From positions 1,170 through 65,169 of the forward strand of contig CANQJD010000002.1 of assembly GCA_947624175.1 (NCBI GenBank): a stretch of 64,000 nucleotides of DNA, read 5' to 3'. The position numbers and the translations under genes are program-made. The stretch's first letter is position 1. The number at the start of each line of letters is the position of its first letter. Shown in pieces: positions 1-12,200 of the stretch. This DNA is from an uncultured Bacilli bacterium. Its GTDB lineage: Bacteria; Bacillota_I; Bacilli_A; RF39; UBA660. The notes under the pieces were generated by a model. It had not been told where the DNA came from. It ran no database searches and worked only from the letters and a program-made list of their open reading frames with translations.

Positions 1-622
1 AATTCTCTCCATTTTTTAGCAGTAGTATGAAATAATATTACATTAAGAATATCAGCTTCTTCTGCATATTTTAACCATTCTTTATTTTTATAAAAATCAT
101 TATCAGGTAAGATGTAATTTTTAATTGCATCAGTATGAATTAGATAATTATTCTTTGTAAGTATTCTTTTTACATCCCATTCTCTATTTTGATTTTCTAG
201 TTCTTTTAATCTTTCAAATTCTTTTATTAAATATAATTTAAATACAGGACTTATTGCAGATGCAAATTCAAATGCTATGTCTTTATGTGCATAAGTTCCA
301 CCATATTTTCCACGTTTAGAATAAATACCAATAGCATTAGTTTTTTCACACCATTCAGTTACACTAAGTGTAAAAGTATGAAGACCAGCATTTTTTCTAA
401 ACCCGTCGAATTCGACGGAATTAAAATTTGGATTATAAATTGATTCCCAAGTACCCAAAAACTCTAAAGTTATTCGATTTCTTAACCAATTGCGTATGAT
501 ATCATCAGATTTTGATTTTCCTTCTTTATATTTACAAAAATCAGAAATACAAATATAATCATTATCATTTAGTTTTGTAACATTAACTTTTATATTTTGA
601 ACTTCTAATATTTTATTAGACA
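1..622 (-). CDS. KilA-N domain DNA-binding protein, phage-associated family; C-terminus lies beyond the window start
   Basis: Not in the ORF track because it is truncated at the window edge. Reverse-strand ATG at 620-622 is preceded by AGGAGGTG. My translation reads MSNKILEVQNIKVNVTKLNDNDYICISDF...IIRNWLRNRITLEFLGTWE..., typical of a KilA-N N-terminal domain. All Trp codons are TGG. Confidence 0.55.
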
Positions 623-854
623 TTCAGTCACCTCCTAATTCCAATTAAACATATAATTTATTGTCATTTCTTTATGATTTTCTACACCTTCTTCTTTTGA
701 TAACTCATATAATTCTTTCTCACCTTTAATTATTTTAAACAATTCCATATAACCCAAATTATATTTAATTTCTTCTTTTCTAACTATTATAATTAATACT
801 TGAAAATGAAATCAAGATAATTCAATCTACATTGTCGACCAAATTTGATAAAAT

Positions 855-1481
855 CTATGCATTTTCGTATCCATCAAATATCACCATTTTAGAATTTACT
901 CGATAATCAACAGCAAAATCATATCAAGTTCATATTTCTTTTTCTTCAAAACTTTCGGCGGAATTTCCGACGGTGTTACTTTCAACAAGTTCTCAACTAT
1001 TTAAAATATTATTAATATGTTTTATTATAGTGCTTTTAGAAACTCCAAATAATTCAGCTATCAAATTTTGTGTTAATCAAATATCGTTATTAATTAGAAG
1101 TACATTTACCTTAACTTCATTATTATCATCTTTATATATTAAAAAATCATGATTTGTAATTTGTAATTCATTTTTCACTATATTCACCTCTTTTTCTCAA
1201 AAATGTAAAAACCTTTTTAATAAGATTTCCTTTTCCTTCAAAAGAAGTTACCGATGAATCCTCAACAACTGATTTTTCATCGAGTTCAGTTGTAATTTTT
1301 TTTGTTATCTTCAGTGGTCATTTTCAAAATGGAAATAACTGATTTTTTTTACTAATTCTTCACTTTCAAAAATATTTCTTAAATGTTTAGAAATTGCTGG
1401 TACTCCTCTACTCCACTCATTTTGAACTAGTAAGAAATTCTTACTAGTTCAAAATTCATTTAACTCATAACTATTTTTCAT
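855..1481 (-). pseudogene. Two tandem, frame-broken RhuM-like (virulence RhuM family) N-terminal fragments with TGA at conserved Trp positions
   Basis: No ORF in the track here. Reverse-strand translation reading TGA as Trp gives MKNELQITNHDFLIYKDDNNEVKVNVLLINNDIWLTQNLIAELFGVSKSTIIKHINNILNSWELVE...YDFAVDYRVNSK (1178 down to 855). A second copy reads ...NEFWTSKNFLLVQNEWSRGVPAISKHLRNIFESEEL... (1481 down to about 1300). Both resemble RhuM N-domains (VWLTQ.QMAELF, NLDAIISVGYRVNSK). They are interrupted by TGA and frameshifts. Confidence 0.45.
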
Positions 1482-1607
1482 CTCCTTTATTTTCTAAATA
1501 CTTCATTCTTGACACATTATTATAACCTATTTGATTTTTATATTCAAGTATATTTTAAATTTTTTTCATATTTTTTGGGTTACAAAAAAAGCACATTAAT
1601 ATATGTG

Positions 1608-2144
1608 TTACTTTTTATTACCAAACCGGTTAAGAGGAAAAATTACTAAAGAAGTTTTTCCTAAAATTCGATTTTCTTTAATTAAACCAATAATTCGTGA
1701 ATCAAGAGAAATAGGACGATTATCTCCCATTACAAAGTAAAAACCTTCTGGTATTTCTTCTTCTAAAATAAAATCATTAGTATCTTCATGTTTAAAATCT
1801 TCTTTAACTTGTTTACCATTTATATATAGTTTATTATCCCTATATTCAACTGTCTCACCAGGAAGACCAATTACCCTTTTGACAATATATTCATCTTCTA
1901 ATTTAATAACCACAATATCAAATCTTTTAATATCATTAAAACGATAACTTATCTTATCAAGTATCATAATATCTTTATCATGAAGCGTTTTAACCATACT
2001 ATCTCCATTAACTCTAATTGGAGTAATAATAAATTCTTTAATTAATAAAACAACAACAATAATAATAACGTAACTTAAAATACCTTTTATTTTAATCCAC
2101 ATATTTTCTTTCTTTTCTTCTTCCATAAAAAACAAATAGGGCAA
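1608..2144 (-). CDS. lepB: Signal peptidase I (S26 family)
   Basis: N-terminal TM segment; GDSM(V)..., VKRVIGLPGETV and GDNRPISLDSR motifs of type I signal peptidase. Confidence 0.85.
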   Translation of the reverse strand: MPYLFFMEEEKKENMWIKIKGILSYVIIIVVVLLIKEFIITPIRVNGDSMVKTLHDKDIMILDKISYRFNDIKRFDIVVIKLEDEYIVKRVIGLPGETVEYRDNKLYINGKQVKEDFKHEDTNDFILEEEIPEGFYFVMGDNRPISLDSRIIGLIKENRILGKTSLVIFPLNRFGNKK

Positions 2145-2177
2145 AGTTAAACCTTTACCCTATCCCCTTTCCTAATT

Positions 2178-2567
2178 TTATTCGTTTACTTCTTTGGTAG
2201 CTTCAACTACTTTAGTGTTGCCACGTCCACGTTCTTTTATTTTTGGTTGACTAACTAATTTCTTTAAGTAGTTAAGTTTAGCTCTTCTTACTTTACCTTT
2301 TCTAACTACTACGATATTAGCAAGTTTTGGTGAGTGAACTGGGAAAGTTCTTTCAACTCCAACTCCAGCTGAAATTTTTCTAACTGTAAAAGTTTCACTT
2401 ACACCTGAACCATGACGTTTTGTAACAATTCCTTCAAATGCTTGAATTCTTTCTCTTTTACCTTCGATGATCTTAACATCAACTCTAACAGTATCACCTA
2501 CACGAAATTCTGGAACATTAGGATTTAACTGTGACGCCGTAATTTTGTCAATTACATTCATATTCAT
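2178..2567 (-). CDS. rplS: 50S ribosomal protein L19
   Basis: Strong L19 signature: [59 protein letters not shown]. Confidence 0.9.
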   Translation of the reverse strand: MNMNVIDKITASQLNPNVPEFRVGDTVRVDVKIIEGKRERIQAFEGIVTKRHGSGVSETFTVRKISAGVGVERTFPVHSPKLANIVVVRKGKVRRAKLNYLKKLVSQPKIKERGRGNTKVVEATKEVNE

Positions 2568-2664
2568 TTTCCTTTCTAATTGTGATTATACTAGATATAG
2601 CAGCGAATCACATTAAAGAATATATCATATTTTAGATAAAAATGCAAACATTTTTGTACTTTTT

Positions 2665-3213
2665 TTACTTTTTTCTATTTAAATAATAATTTAAAATCAT
2701 TTCATCACGTTTAACCATAAATAAACTTTTATATAAATTATCATATTTTGAACCTTTTAAATTATTAAAACTATCTTTAATTAATTGATATCCTTCATTC
2801 GGAGTAACCCAAATTATTCGACCTTTTTCATATAGTTCTTTTTCAGTTAAATGTAAATTATTTGTATCATTTGTTACTATACATTCAAATATATATGATA
2901 TTTGTTTAAAATTGGTACTACTTTTTTCTTCAATTGTTATTCCTAAAGAATCTTTTATTTCAACTATACAACCTGTTTCCTCTAGAATTTCTCTTTTAAG
3001 AGCCTCTTTTATATTTTCCCCTTCTTCTATTCCACCACCTGGTAATTTATATTCATTTTTAAGTTGTTTGTTAAAAATAGCCATCTTTCCATCATTATTT
3101 TTAACAATCGCTCTTGCTGCATATCTTATATTAATTGGATTAAAAGGTTGATTTTCTAATCCAATATCTTCATTTCTAATTATAGCAATTATTTTTTCAT
3201 TTATATTTTTCAT
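2665..3213 (-). CDS. NUDIX hydrolase
   Basis: Nudix box GGG(I)EEGEN..ALKREILEETG. Confidence 0.8.
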   Translation of the reverse strand: MKNINEKIIAIIRNEDIGLENQPFNPINIRYAARAIVKNNDGKMAIFNKQLKNEYKLPGGGIEEGENIKEALKREILEETGCIVEIKDSLGITIEEKSSTNFKQISYIFECIVTNDTNNLHLTEKELYEKGRIIWVTPNEGYQLIKDSFNNLKGSKYDNLYKSLFMVKRDEMILNYYLNRKK

Positions 3214-4247
3214 ACATTCTTCCTCTTAAAATTATCTTTAAAAATTAATATTAATAACATAACTCCTGAATATAAAACAAAGATATAAAAATTAATAAAT
3301 CTGGTTATTACCATAGCACTTCCCAGTAATAACTCTCCAAATAAATTTTTATATAAATACATAAATGTTCCTTCACTTACTCCAACAGCACCAGGAAAAG
3401 GAAGAGCCGAAACACTTAAGAATAAAACGGATTGAATAGCTATAAAGGTTATTAAACTAGCATTATTTAAACCAAAAGCTAAATAAACCATATAAGGAAT
3501 TGCATAATAAAAAAGTAATTGTAAATAAGCGGTTAATAAAACACTTATAAAGAATAATTTATTTTTCTTTAGTATTTTAGAAGCTTCACTATATTCTATA
3601 ACTTGCTTATTAATTTTTGCTAACAATTCTTCTTTTTTCTTATAATGTATTTTATCAAGTAATTTACTAAATAATTTAATTAAATAATCAACAATTCCTC
3701 TAAAGAATAATAATAGAATATAAATTATCATAACTAAACTATTTAAAAATAATCCTAAATAAACTAAGAATTTAATATTTCCAATTCCTTTAAACATATC
3801 CGGAAATAATATAAAACTAATAAGTCCTATACTAACTTCTCCAAATTGAAAACATAAAAGTTTTACTAACAAAGCAATTAATGTATGACTAACTGGTATT
3901 TTATCTTTCGTCATCAAGAATATTTGCATTGGATCTCCCCCACTAGCACTTGGAGTAATTGATGCTGTAAAAAATCCACCTAAAGCATATTTATAGGTAT
4001 CTTTAAATTTGACCTTTGTTCCTAGTAACTTTAAAGTTCTTTTTAAATTTAAACTTTCACAAATACTAAACATTGCCATACAAAAAATTGCTATTAAAAG
4101 ATAAAACTTTTTACTACTTTGAAATATTTTATATATTTCTCTATAACTATTTTCTCTAAATATAAAGTAAAAAACAATAGCTACAAATAATACAAAAATT
4201 AAGGCACTTATAATACTTTTCTTTAAAATATTATCTTTATCTTTCAT
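3210..4247 (-). CDS. UPF0104 / lysylphosphatidylglycerol-synthase-TM-like (flippase-like) membrane protein
   Basis: Polytopic membrane protein with GGFFTASITPSASGGDPMQIF motif characteristic of the LPG_synthase_TM / UPF0104 family. Overlaps the downstream NUDIX gene by 4 nt. Confidence 0.55.
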   Translation of the reverse strand: MKDKDNILKKSIISALIFVLFVAIVFYFIFRENSYREIYKIFQSSKKFYLLIAIFCMAMFSICESLNLKRTLKLLGTKVKFKDTYKYALGGFFTASITPSASGGDPMQIFLMTKDKIPVSHTLIALLVKLLCFQFGEVSIGLISFILFPDMFKGIGNIKFLVYLGLFLNSLVMIIYILLLFFRGIVDYLIKLFSKLLDKIHYKKKEELLAKINKQVIEYSEASKILKKNKLFFISVLLTAYLQLLFYYAIPYMVYLAFGLNNASLITFIAIQSVLFLSVSALPFPGAVGVSEGTFMYLYKNLFGELLLGSAMVITRFINFYIFVLYSGVMLLILIFKDNFKRKNV

Positions 4248-4329
4248 GTTTTCACCTAACTAACTATATTAATAATATCACTTATTTATTAAAAGATAAA
4301 GAAAAATTTTATTTTATTACAAAGCTAGC

Positions 4330-4944
4330 TTAAACTTCTATTTTTTCTAATTCTTCTTTTATTTTCTTAATTTGTTCTTTACCATGGCAATATCTAAATT
4401 TCTTTCCACTACCACAAGGACATTTACCACCTTTTTTTATTTCTTGTTCTAGATGTTTTAATTGTTTCTCTAGATTTTTATGTTGTAATTCTCTAGCTTG
4501 CATAACATAATCTATTTTTTCACAAGATGGATATCTAAATGAAAAAATTGTCTTCTTATTAAAATTAGTTACTGAAAAATCTCCTAAAGTTATAATATCC
4601 ATACCAATTAAAAAATCAGTACCATTTAATTTACCAGCTGTTACCATTACATTTTTAATATGTAAATTATTAGGTAATTTTAATCCTAAAATATATTTAT
4701 TAACTTCTATTATTCCACCGGCTGTACTAACATTAGCTTTACCAATAGGTGTCAAATTTAGTTCTTGAGCTAATTTTTCTGATATAACAGTATTAGTCGC
4801 TCCAGTATCCCAAATAGCATCGTATTTATCTTCAATTTTAGTATAATTTGGATTTATTTTTTTGTCTATAATAATTGAAATTTGAGTTCTTAAAACATTT
4901 ATTAATCCCTTTTCTTCTTTTGTAAAAGCTGTAAAATTTTGCAT
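4330..4944 (-). CDS. Retropepsin-like (clan AA) aspartic protease domain protein with C-terminal SEC-C metal-binding motif
   Basis: D-T-G-A active-site motif (IWDTGATNTVIS) and a second half-domain; C-terminal CPCGSGKKFRYCHG matches the SEC-C motif. Confidence 0.55.
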   Translation of the reverse strand: MQNFTAFTKEEKGLINVLRTQISIIIDKKINPNYTKIEDKYDAIWDTGATNTVISEKLAQELNLTPIGKANVSTAGGIIEVNKYILGLKLPNNLHIKNVMVTAGKLNGTDFLIGMDIITLGDFSVTNFNKKTIFSFRYPSCEKIDYVMQARELQHKNLEKQLKHLEQEIKKGGKCPCGSGKKFRYCHGKEQIKKIKEELEKIEV

Positions 4945-5180
4945 TAAAAAGTTACCCTAGTATGAAACGTTTGAACATTATTTGCTTCATTAGTTTCACA
5001 TCTTTGTATAATATATTTTCCAGCTTCAAGACCTCGTGCATATTCAATTACTTTATCTAAATCCTTATCATGAAATACTACGTTTTCTTCATAAATAACA
5101 ACAAATTCTTGAGAATACTCTCTTTTTAAATTTTCTTCTTCTTTTTTGAAATATTTATAATTTTTATCATTATCATTCAT
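4944..5180 (-). CDS. Small hypothetical protein translationally coupled to the aspartic protease gene
   Basis: 78-aa ORF whose stop overlaps the start of the downstream protease gene by 1 nt. No recognisable motif. Confidence 0.4.
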   Translation of the reverse strand: MNDNDKNYKYFKKEEENLKREYSQEFVVIYEENVVFHDKDLDKVIEYARGLEAGKYIIQRCETNEANNVQTFHTRVTF

Positions 5181-5260
5181 AAGAGACCTCCTCGTATAAA
5201 TATTATATAATACAATTTATTTTTTATCAACAAAAATGAAGCATATTTTTTAATACATTC

Positions 5261-5725
5261 TTACTTATTACTTTCATAAATTAAACTTTCATATAATAAA
5301 TCAACTAAATGATTACTAGGCTCTAAATTATATTTCTTTATTAACTTATCAAAGACATCATCAGAAAATTTCATATCTAAATACTTGAATATAGAGTCTT
5401 TTTCATTTTTAATACTTTTTAAATAATCTTTTGTATAACTATTATCTATTATTAATAAAGGTAAATCTTCAATAAAAACTTTAAACTCTCGAATTAAATC
5501 ATTAGAATTATTAGTATATTTAAAACTATCTATATCATAAGATATCATTTCTCTTAAATCAGGAATATCGATTAAATCTAAATTAATTCTATAATCAAAT
5601 CTATCTTTTAATTTTAAACCATCTATTTTTAAGGCTTGAATTTGAATAATACTCCCCTTACTACTATTTAAACTAGTTGGAATAATTTCAACAATTATAT
5701 ATTTATCATTTTTTATATCAATCAT
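5261..5725 (-). CDS. Hypothetical protein
   Basis: 154-aa ORF overlapping the upstream methyltransferase gene by 4 nt (ATGA). No confident motif. Confidence 0.4.
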   Translation of the reverse strand: MIDIKNDKYIIVEIIPTSLNSSKGSIIQIQALKIDGLKLKDRFDYRINLDLIDIPDLREMISYDIDSFKYTNNSNDLIREFKVFIEDLPLLIIDNSYTKDYLKSIKNEKDSIFKYLDMKFSDDVFDKLIKKYNLEPSNHLVDLLYESLIYESNK

Positions 5726-6903
5726 TTTAATACCTCCAAGAAAGCAATAGTTTCAACTTTGTTGGTTTTAGGAAACATATCAACTAAATAAACTTTCTTT
5801 AAATTATATACATCTTTTAAGACTTCTAAATCTCTTTTTAAAGATATCATTTCACATGATATATAAATTAAATAAGGACTTTTTAACTTAACTAAATTAT
5901 TTAAAGTTTTCTTATCTAAGCCACTTCTAGTTGGGTCTACTAAAACTAAATCAATATCTTTAAAACTTGCAATATAATCTTCAACTTTACTATTAATAAC
6001 TTCTAAATTATTTATCTTATTAAGTTCTAAATTATATTTAGCATCAAGGGTTGCAAAAGTATTTTCTTCAATACTAATAACCCTTTTAGCATACTTACTT
6101 AAAATAATACCTAAAACCGAAGTACCACTGTAAAGGTCTAAAACTTTATTTAATTTTTTATCTTTTAAAGTTTTATCTAATATTTTAATTATTCTTTCTA
6201 AACCTAATCTATTTACTTGAAAAAAAGAATTATAATGAACTTTAAATTTATAATCTAAAATATTTTCGATAAAGTAATCTTTTCCTTTTAGAACTTTATC
6301 ATTATAAATTAAATTATCTATTAAATCATTATCTAATAATTTATTAACATATTGATAATTACCTTTTATTACTAACATTATTTCTTCATTACTATTTTCT
6401 CTAATTATTATTTCACCATTAAAATTAGAATCTAGATTATTATTTAATAACTCTATTACTAAATTAATTTTCTTATTTAATAAATAACAACAATTAATTT
6501 GAACTAAGTCATGACTTTTAGTATCATAGTAACCAATTAAACCATTCTTAACATGCAAAGTTACTTTATCGCGATAGTTAAATTCTAAAGTTTCAAAAAA
6601 ATTATCACACCAACCTAAATAGTTTTTAGCCTTTTCTATTTTAAACTCTTTTTCTTTACTATCTTTTAAATGTAAAAACTGACATCCTCCACATTCATGA
6701 TAATATTTACAAATAGGTTCTATTCGATCTTTACTTTCTAAAATAATATTTTTAATTTTTCCTTTTGAATAATCTTTTTTATTTAAAGTTATATCTATAT
6801 CAACTACTTCATCAGGAATACTCTTTTCAATAAAACAAACTTTATTATCAATTCTTGCAAGACCTTGACCTAAATCATCAAACTTTTCTATTTTAACTTG
6901 CAT
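5722..6903 (-). CDS. 23S rRNA (uracil-5-)-methyltransferase, RumA/RlmD family (TRAM domain plus 4Fe-4S plus SAM methyltransferase)
   Basis: N-terminal TRAM-like region, Cys cluster CKYYHECGGCQFLHL, SAM-binding VLDLYSGTSVLG and VDPTRSGL motifs. Confidence 0.85.
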   Translation of the reverse strand: MQVKIEKFDDLGQGLARIDNKVCFIEKSIPDEVVDIDITLNKKDYSKGKIKNIILESKDRIEPICKYYHECGGCQFLHLKDSKEKEFKIEKAKNYLGWCDNFFETLEFNYRDKVTLHVKNGLIGYYDTKSHDLVQINCCYLLNKKINLVIELLNNNLDSNFNGEIIIRENSNEEIMLVIKGNYQYVNKLLDNDLIDNLIYNDKVLKGKDYFIENILDYKFKVHYNSFFQVNRLGLERIIKILDKTLKDKKLNKVLDLYSGTSVLGIILSKYAKRVISIEENTFATLDAKYNLELNKINNLEVINSKVEDYIASFKDIDLVLVDPTRSGLDKKTLNNLVKLKSPYLIYISCEMISLKRDLEVLKDVYNLKKVYLVDMFPKTNKVETIAFLEVLK

Positions 6904-6911
6904 AGTACCAC

Positions 6912-7481
6912 CTAAATTATCTTTTTTAAAATATTATAGAGTTTATTTAGAGGAAGACCAACTATAGCATAGTAATCCCCTTCTATTTTTACAATATGTT
7001 TAGAGAATAATCCTTGAATAGCATAAGAACCAGCTTTATCATAGGCTTCATTGGTATCTAAATAATTATTGATTTCAGAATCGGTTAAGTTATCAACATA
7101 AACTAAGGCTTTTGAATAATCTTTATACTCTGTAATTTTATTATTTATAACTTGAAAAACATAAATCGAGGTAATTACTTCATGACTTGTATTATTTAAT
7201 TTTTTTAACATCTTAAAAGCATCATCTCGAGATTTAGGTTTTCCTAGTATTTCATTATCTTTAATAACCATTGTATCTGAACTAATAATTATTCTATCAC
7301 AATCCGTGTTATTTAAAATATCCATACCTTTTTGATAACTAATATTATAAGAGTTTTCTAAAGGGGTTAAGTTTTTATCTAATACTTCTTCTTTTTCACT
7401 TGTTAAAACTTCAAATTTATATCCTAATCTTTCTAATAATTCTCTTCTTCTAGGTGATTTTGATGCTAATATTATTTTCAT
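6912..7481 (-). CDS. maf: Maf-like nucleoside triphosphate pyrophosphatase
   Basis: IILASKSPRRRELLERLGY N-terminus and overall Maf family pattern. Confidence 0.85.
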   Translation of the reverse strand: MKIILASKSPRRRELLERLGYKFEVLTSEKEEVLDKNLTPLENSYNISYQKGMDILNNTDCDRIIISSDTMVIKDNEILGKPKSRDDAFKMLKKLNNTSHEVITSIYVFQVINNKITEYKDYSKALVYVDNLTDSEINNYLDTNEAYDKAGSYAIQGLFSKHIVKIEGDYYAIVGLPLNKLYNILKKII

Positions 7482-7753
7482 TTAACTAATGCTCCTAAAT
7501 ATTCTTTAATTGCTGTTGCTATTTGATCAGGACAAGATGTTCCTCTTCCTCTACAATCAATTCCTTCAAGTTTTAGAGCAATATCAGTTAATTTCATACC
7601 TTTAACTAAACTTCTAATTCCTTCTAAATTACCTGGACAACCATTTGTAACCTCTATATCATATAAAGTATCTTTATCTATTAATAATTTAATATTTGTT
7701 GAACAAGTACCTTTTGGTTTATAATTAAATTCTTCCATATTTCTTCCTTTCAA
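7478..7753 (-). CDS. TSCPD-domain small protein (TIGR03905-like)
   Basis: GTCS...GCPGNLEGI...GIDCRGRGTSCPDQIA pattern. Confidence 0.55.
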   Translation of the reverse strand: MKGRNMEEFNYKPKGTCSTNIKLLIDKDTLYDIEVTNGCPGNLEGIRSLVKGMKLTDIALKLEGIDCRGRGTSCPDQIATAIKEYLGALVK

Positions 7754-7816
7754 ACATATTGTATCATAAACACCTGAATAATGCTAGAAAATTTTAATAT
7801 AATTAAGTGGATAACT

Positions 7817-8365
7817 ATGAAAAATTATGAAATTATATTAATTAGTATTGCTCTGGCTATGGATGCTTTTTCCGTTAGTATTTGTAAAGGTTTAACTATG
7901 AAGCATAAATTTAAAAGAAATAGTTTAATTATGGCTTTATCTTTTAGTTTGTTTCAAATGATAATGCCTTTAATTGGTTATTTTTTAGGTTCTAAATTAA
8001 GTGGTGTGTTAATTACTTTTAATCATATTATTGCTTTTGTTTTATTATTTATAATTGGTTTTAATATGTTACATGATGCTTATCATGATGAAGAAGTTAA
8101 AGAAGGACTTAGTATCAGTGAATTAATTTTTTTAAGTTTTGCAACTTCAATTGATGCAATGGCTGTTGGTATTACTTTTTCTTTCTTTGAAATAAATTTA
8201 AAACTTGCAATTTTCCAAATTGGTCTTATGGCTTTTCTATTCTCTTTAATTGGTGTTTATCTAGGTAAATTAATTGGTCACAAATTTGAAAAAAAAGCCC
8301 AAGTAATAGGTGGTGTAATTTTAATTATAATTGGTTTTAAAATATTAATTGAACACTTTCTTTAA
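7817..8365 (+). CDS. mntP: Manganese efflux pump MntP
   Basis: LAMDAFSVSI...SIDAMAVGITFS duplicated MntP motifs. Start chosen at MKNYEII inside the longer track ORF 7781..8365. Confidence 0.8.
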   Translation: MKNYEIILISIALAMDAFSVSICKGLTMKHKFKRNSLIMALSFSLFQMIMPLIGYFLGSKLSGVLITFNHIIAFVLLFIIGFNMLHDAYHDEEVKEGLSISELIFLSFATSIDAMAVGITFSFFEINLKLAIFQIGLMAFLFSLIGVYLGKLIGHKFEKKAQVIGGVILIIIGFKILIEHFL

Positions 8366-8385
8366 AAAAGAAAACAGTTAAAGTT

Positions 8386-9361
8386 TTAACCATTTTCTTT
8401 TTCATTTTGACTTTCTTTAATGATATCTTGAACTTCTTCTAAAGTTAATTCAGAAGCTTTAGCAATTACTTCAAGTGGAACTTGTTGAGCATAGAAATTT
8501 AAAATCATTTCACGGGCTTTGTCATCAGCACCCATTGAATACCCTGAAGAAAATTCATATTGAATATTTAGATTTCTCATCATTCTTTCAGTCATCAATT
8601 CACCTCTATAGTTTGCACTACAAGATAAATCTTTAAGTTTACTAACATAACTATCTAATTCTTTAATATCTTTAGTTAGTTCATTTAATTCTTTTTCATT
8701 CTTTACTGTTAATAACTTAAATAATCTATCCTCTTTCTTGATACTATCATAACCTAAATCATTATAAAAATCAAGATTTATACTTAAAATTCTTAAACAA
8801 TATCCTCGATATTCATGAGTACTATCAGATGGATAAGTTCCAATCAGTTATGATTTTACCAGGATTGGCTTTTTTTCTTGCTTCTGCTTTAGGTGGACTC
8901 CAATTTAAATTTACAAGTATTCCTCTTACTGGTTTAACATAAACTTTCTTACTTTTATTTTTATCCATAACATCACGATCATAGTAAGAAGATAATATGT
9001 TTACAGCATAGAAAATACTTTTAGCAGGTTTACCATAATAGTTATTATTTAATTCTATTAAAATAAACTCTCCATTAGCTTGTTCTATAAGTAAATCAAC
9101 ATACTTACTTCTTTCTTCTTTTCTAACTCTTGTTAATCTAGTTGTTGAAACAAAAACTTTACCATGGACTTCTTCTATTGAACATCCAAGTATTTCTTTA
9201 GCAATCCATTCAATAGTCGATGTTTCATGAGCATTAAATAAATCATGAAATAATCTATCATCCTTTATTTGTAAAATTTCATTATTAATTAAATCTTAAG
9301 TATCAATAAAGTTATCTTTATTTTCTAATTCAGTATTTACTTTTTCTTCATCTTTTAACAT
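8386..9361 (-). pseudogene. Rpn-family recombination-promoting nuclease / PD-(D/E)XK putative transposase, frameshifted
   Basis: The track shows only the C-terminal 70-aa ORF (MRNLNIQYEFSSGY...). Reading upstream on the minus strand continues the same protein family (...HETSTIEWIAKEILG...RVRKEERSKYVDLLIEQANGEFILIELNNNYYGKP...) with one in-frame TAA and at least one frameshift. Confidence 0.55.
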
Positions 9362-9672
9362 TTATACCTCCTATTAATCTTGAAAAAATAAATATTAACC
9401 GGTCAATGAAATCACTATAACACAAGTTATAAAATATGTCAAATATTGTAAATTTACAAATTATAGACAAAATTGGTTCAAATCGTTAAATTACTAGAAA
9501 AATGGTTTTAATTCGTGAAATTGAGGGTCAAAAAAAGGGTCAATTTAGAAAATTGAGACAACTTTTTACTCTAAAATACCTAAAAAAATTTTTTTTAAGA
9601 TTAATTTTTAATATTATATTTTTTTGATTTTTTACTATTAAATAAGCAAAAGTTATTTTTATTTTTAAAAGA

Positions 9673-11743
<2,071 letters not shown>

Positions 11744-11798
11744 ATATCCCCCTTAAAACAGTAGATATATTATCATATATTTCTTTATAAATCAAGAA

Positions 11799-12197
11799 CT
11801 AGTTAGATTTTCTTTGTAATCTTAAACAATCATATACAATAGCATATTCACTATAATCTTCATTGAATTTTAAATAAGTATTTTCTATACTACAATTATA
11901 TTTCATGTCTTCAAATGAAGTAGTATCTATATTAAAGTTCTTTTGTAATTCTTTTAATGTTACTTTTTCTTTTTTATTATCTTTAGCATATTTGATTATA
12001 TTGATATCTCTTAACATTTTATATACTACTTCATTTGTTTCTTCTTCTGCTTCTAATCTTTCTTTTCCTTCTACTATTTCCTTAGACTCTATTTTTTCTT
12101 GTTCTTCTATTTTTACGTTTTTCTTATTAATGATTACTATTGCAAATACAACTATTGTTATTATCAATATTATTAATATTATTATTTTCTTCTTCAT
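11799..12197 (-). CDS. Hypothetical signal-anchored small protein
   Basis: N-terminal hydrophobic segment (KKKIIILIILIITIVVFAIVII) followed by a charged coiled region. Confidence 0.4.
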   Translation of the reverse strand: MKKKIIILIILIITIVVFAIVIINKKNVKIEEQEKIESKEIVEGKERLEAEEETNEVVYKMLRDINIIKYAKDNKKEKVTLKELQKNFNIDTTSFEDMKYNCSIENTYLKFNEDYSEYAIVYDCLRLQRKSN

Positions 12198-12200
12198 ACA

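Noticed and set aside
2912-3151. Plus-strand 79-aa ORF inside the NUDIX gene; likewise 33694..33897, 34347..34619, 40821..41051, 45620..45835, 46283..46522, 55489..55677
   Set aside because: Each overlaps a well-supported gene on the opposite strand or in another frame and has no RBS or motif support.
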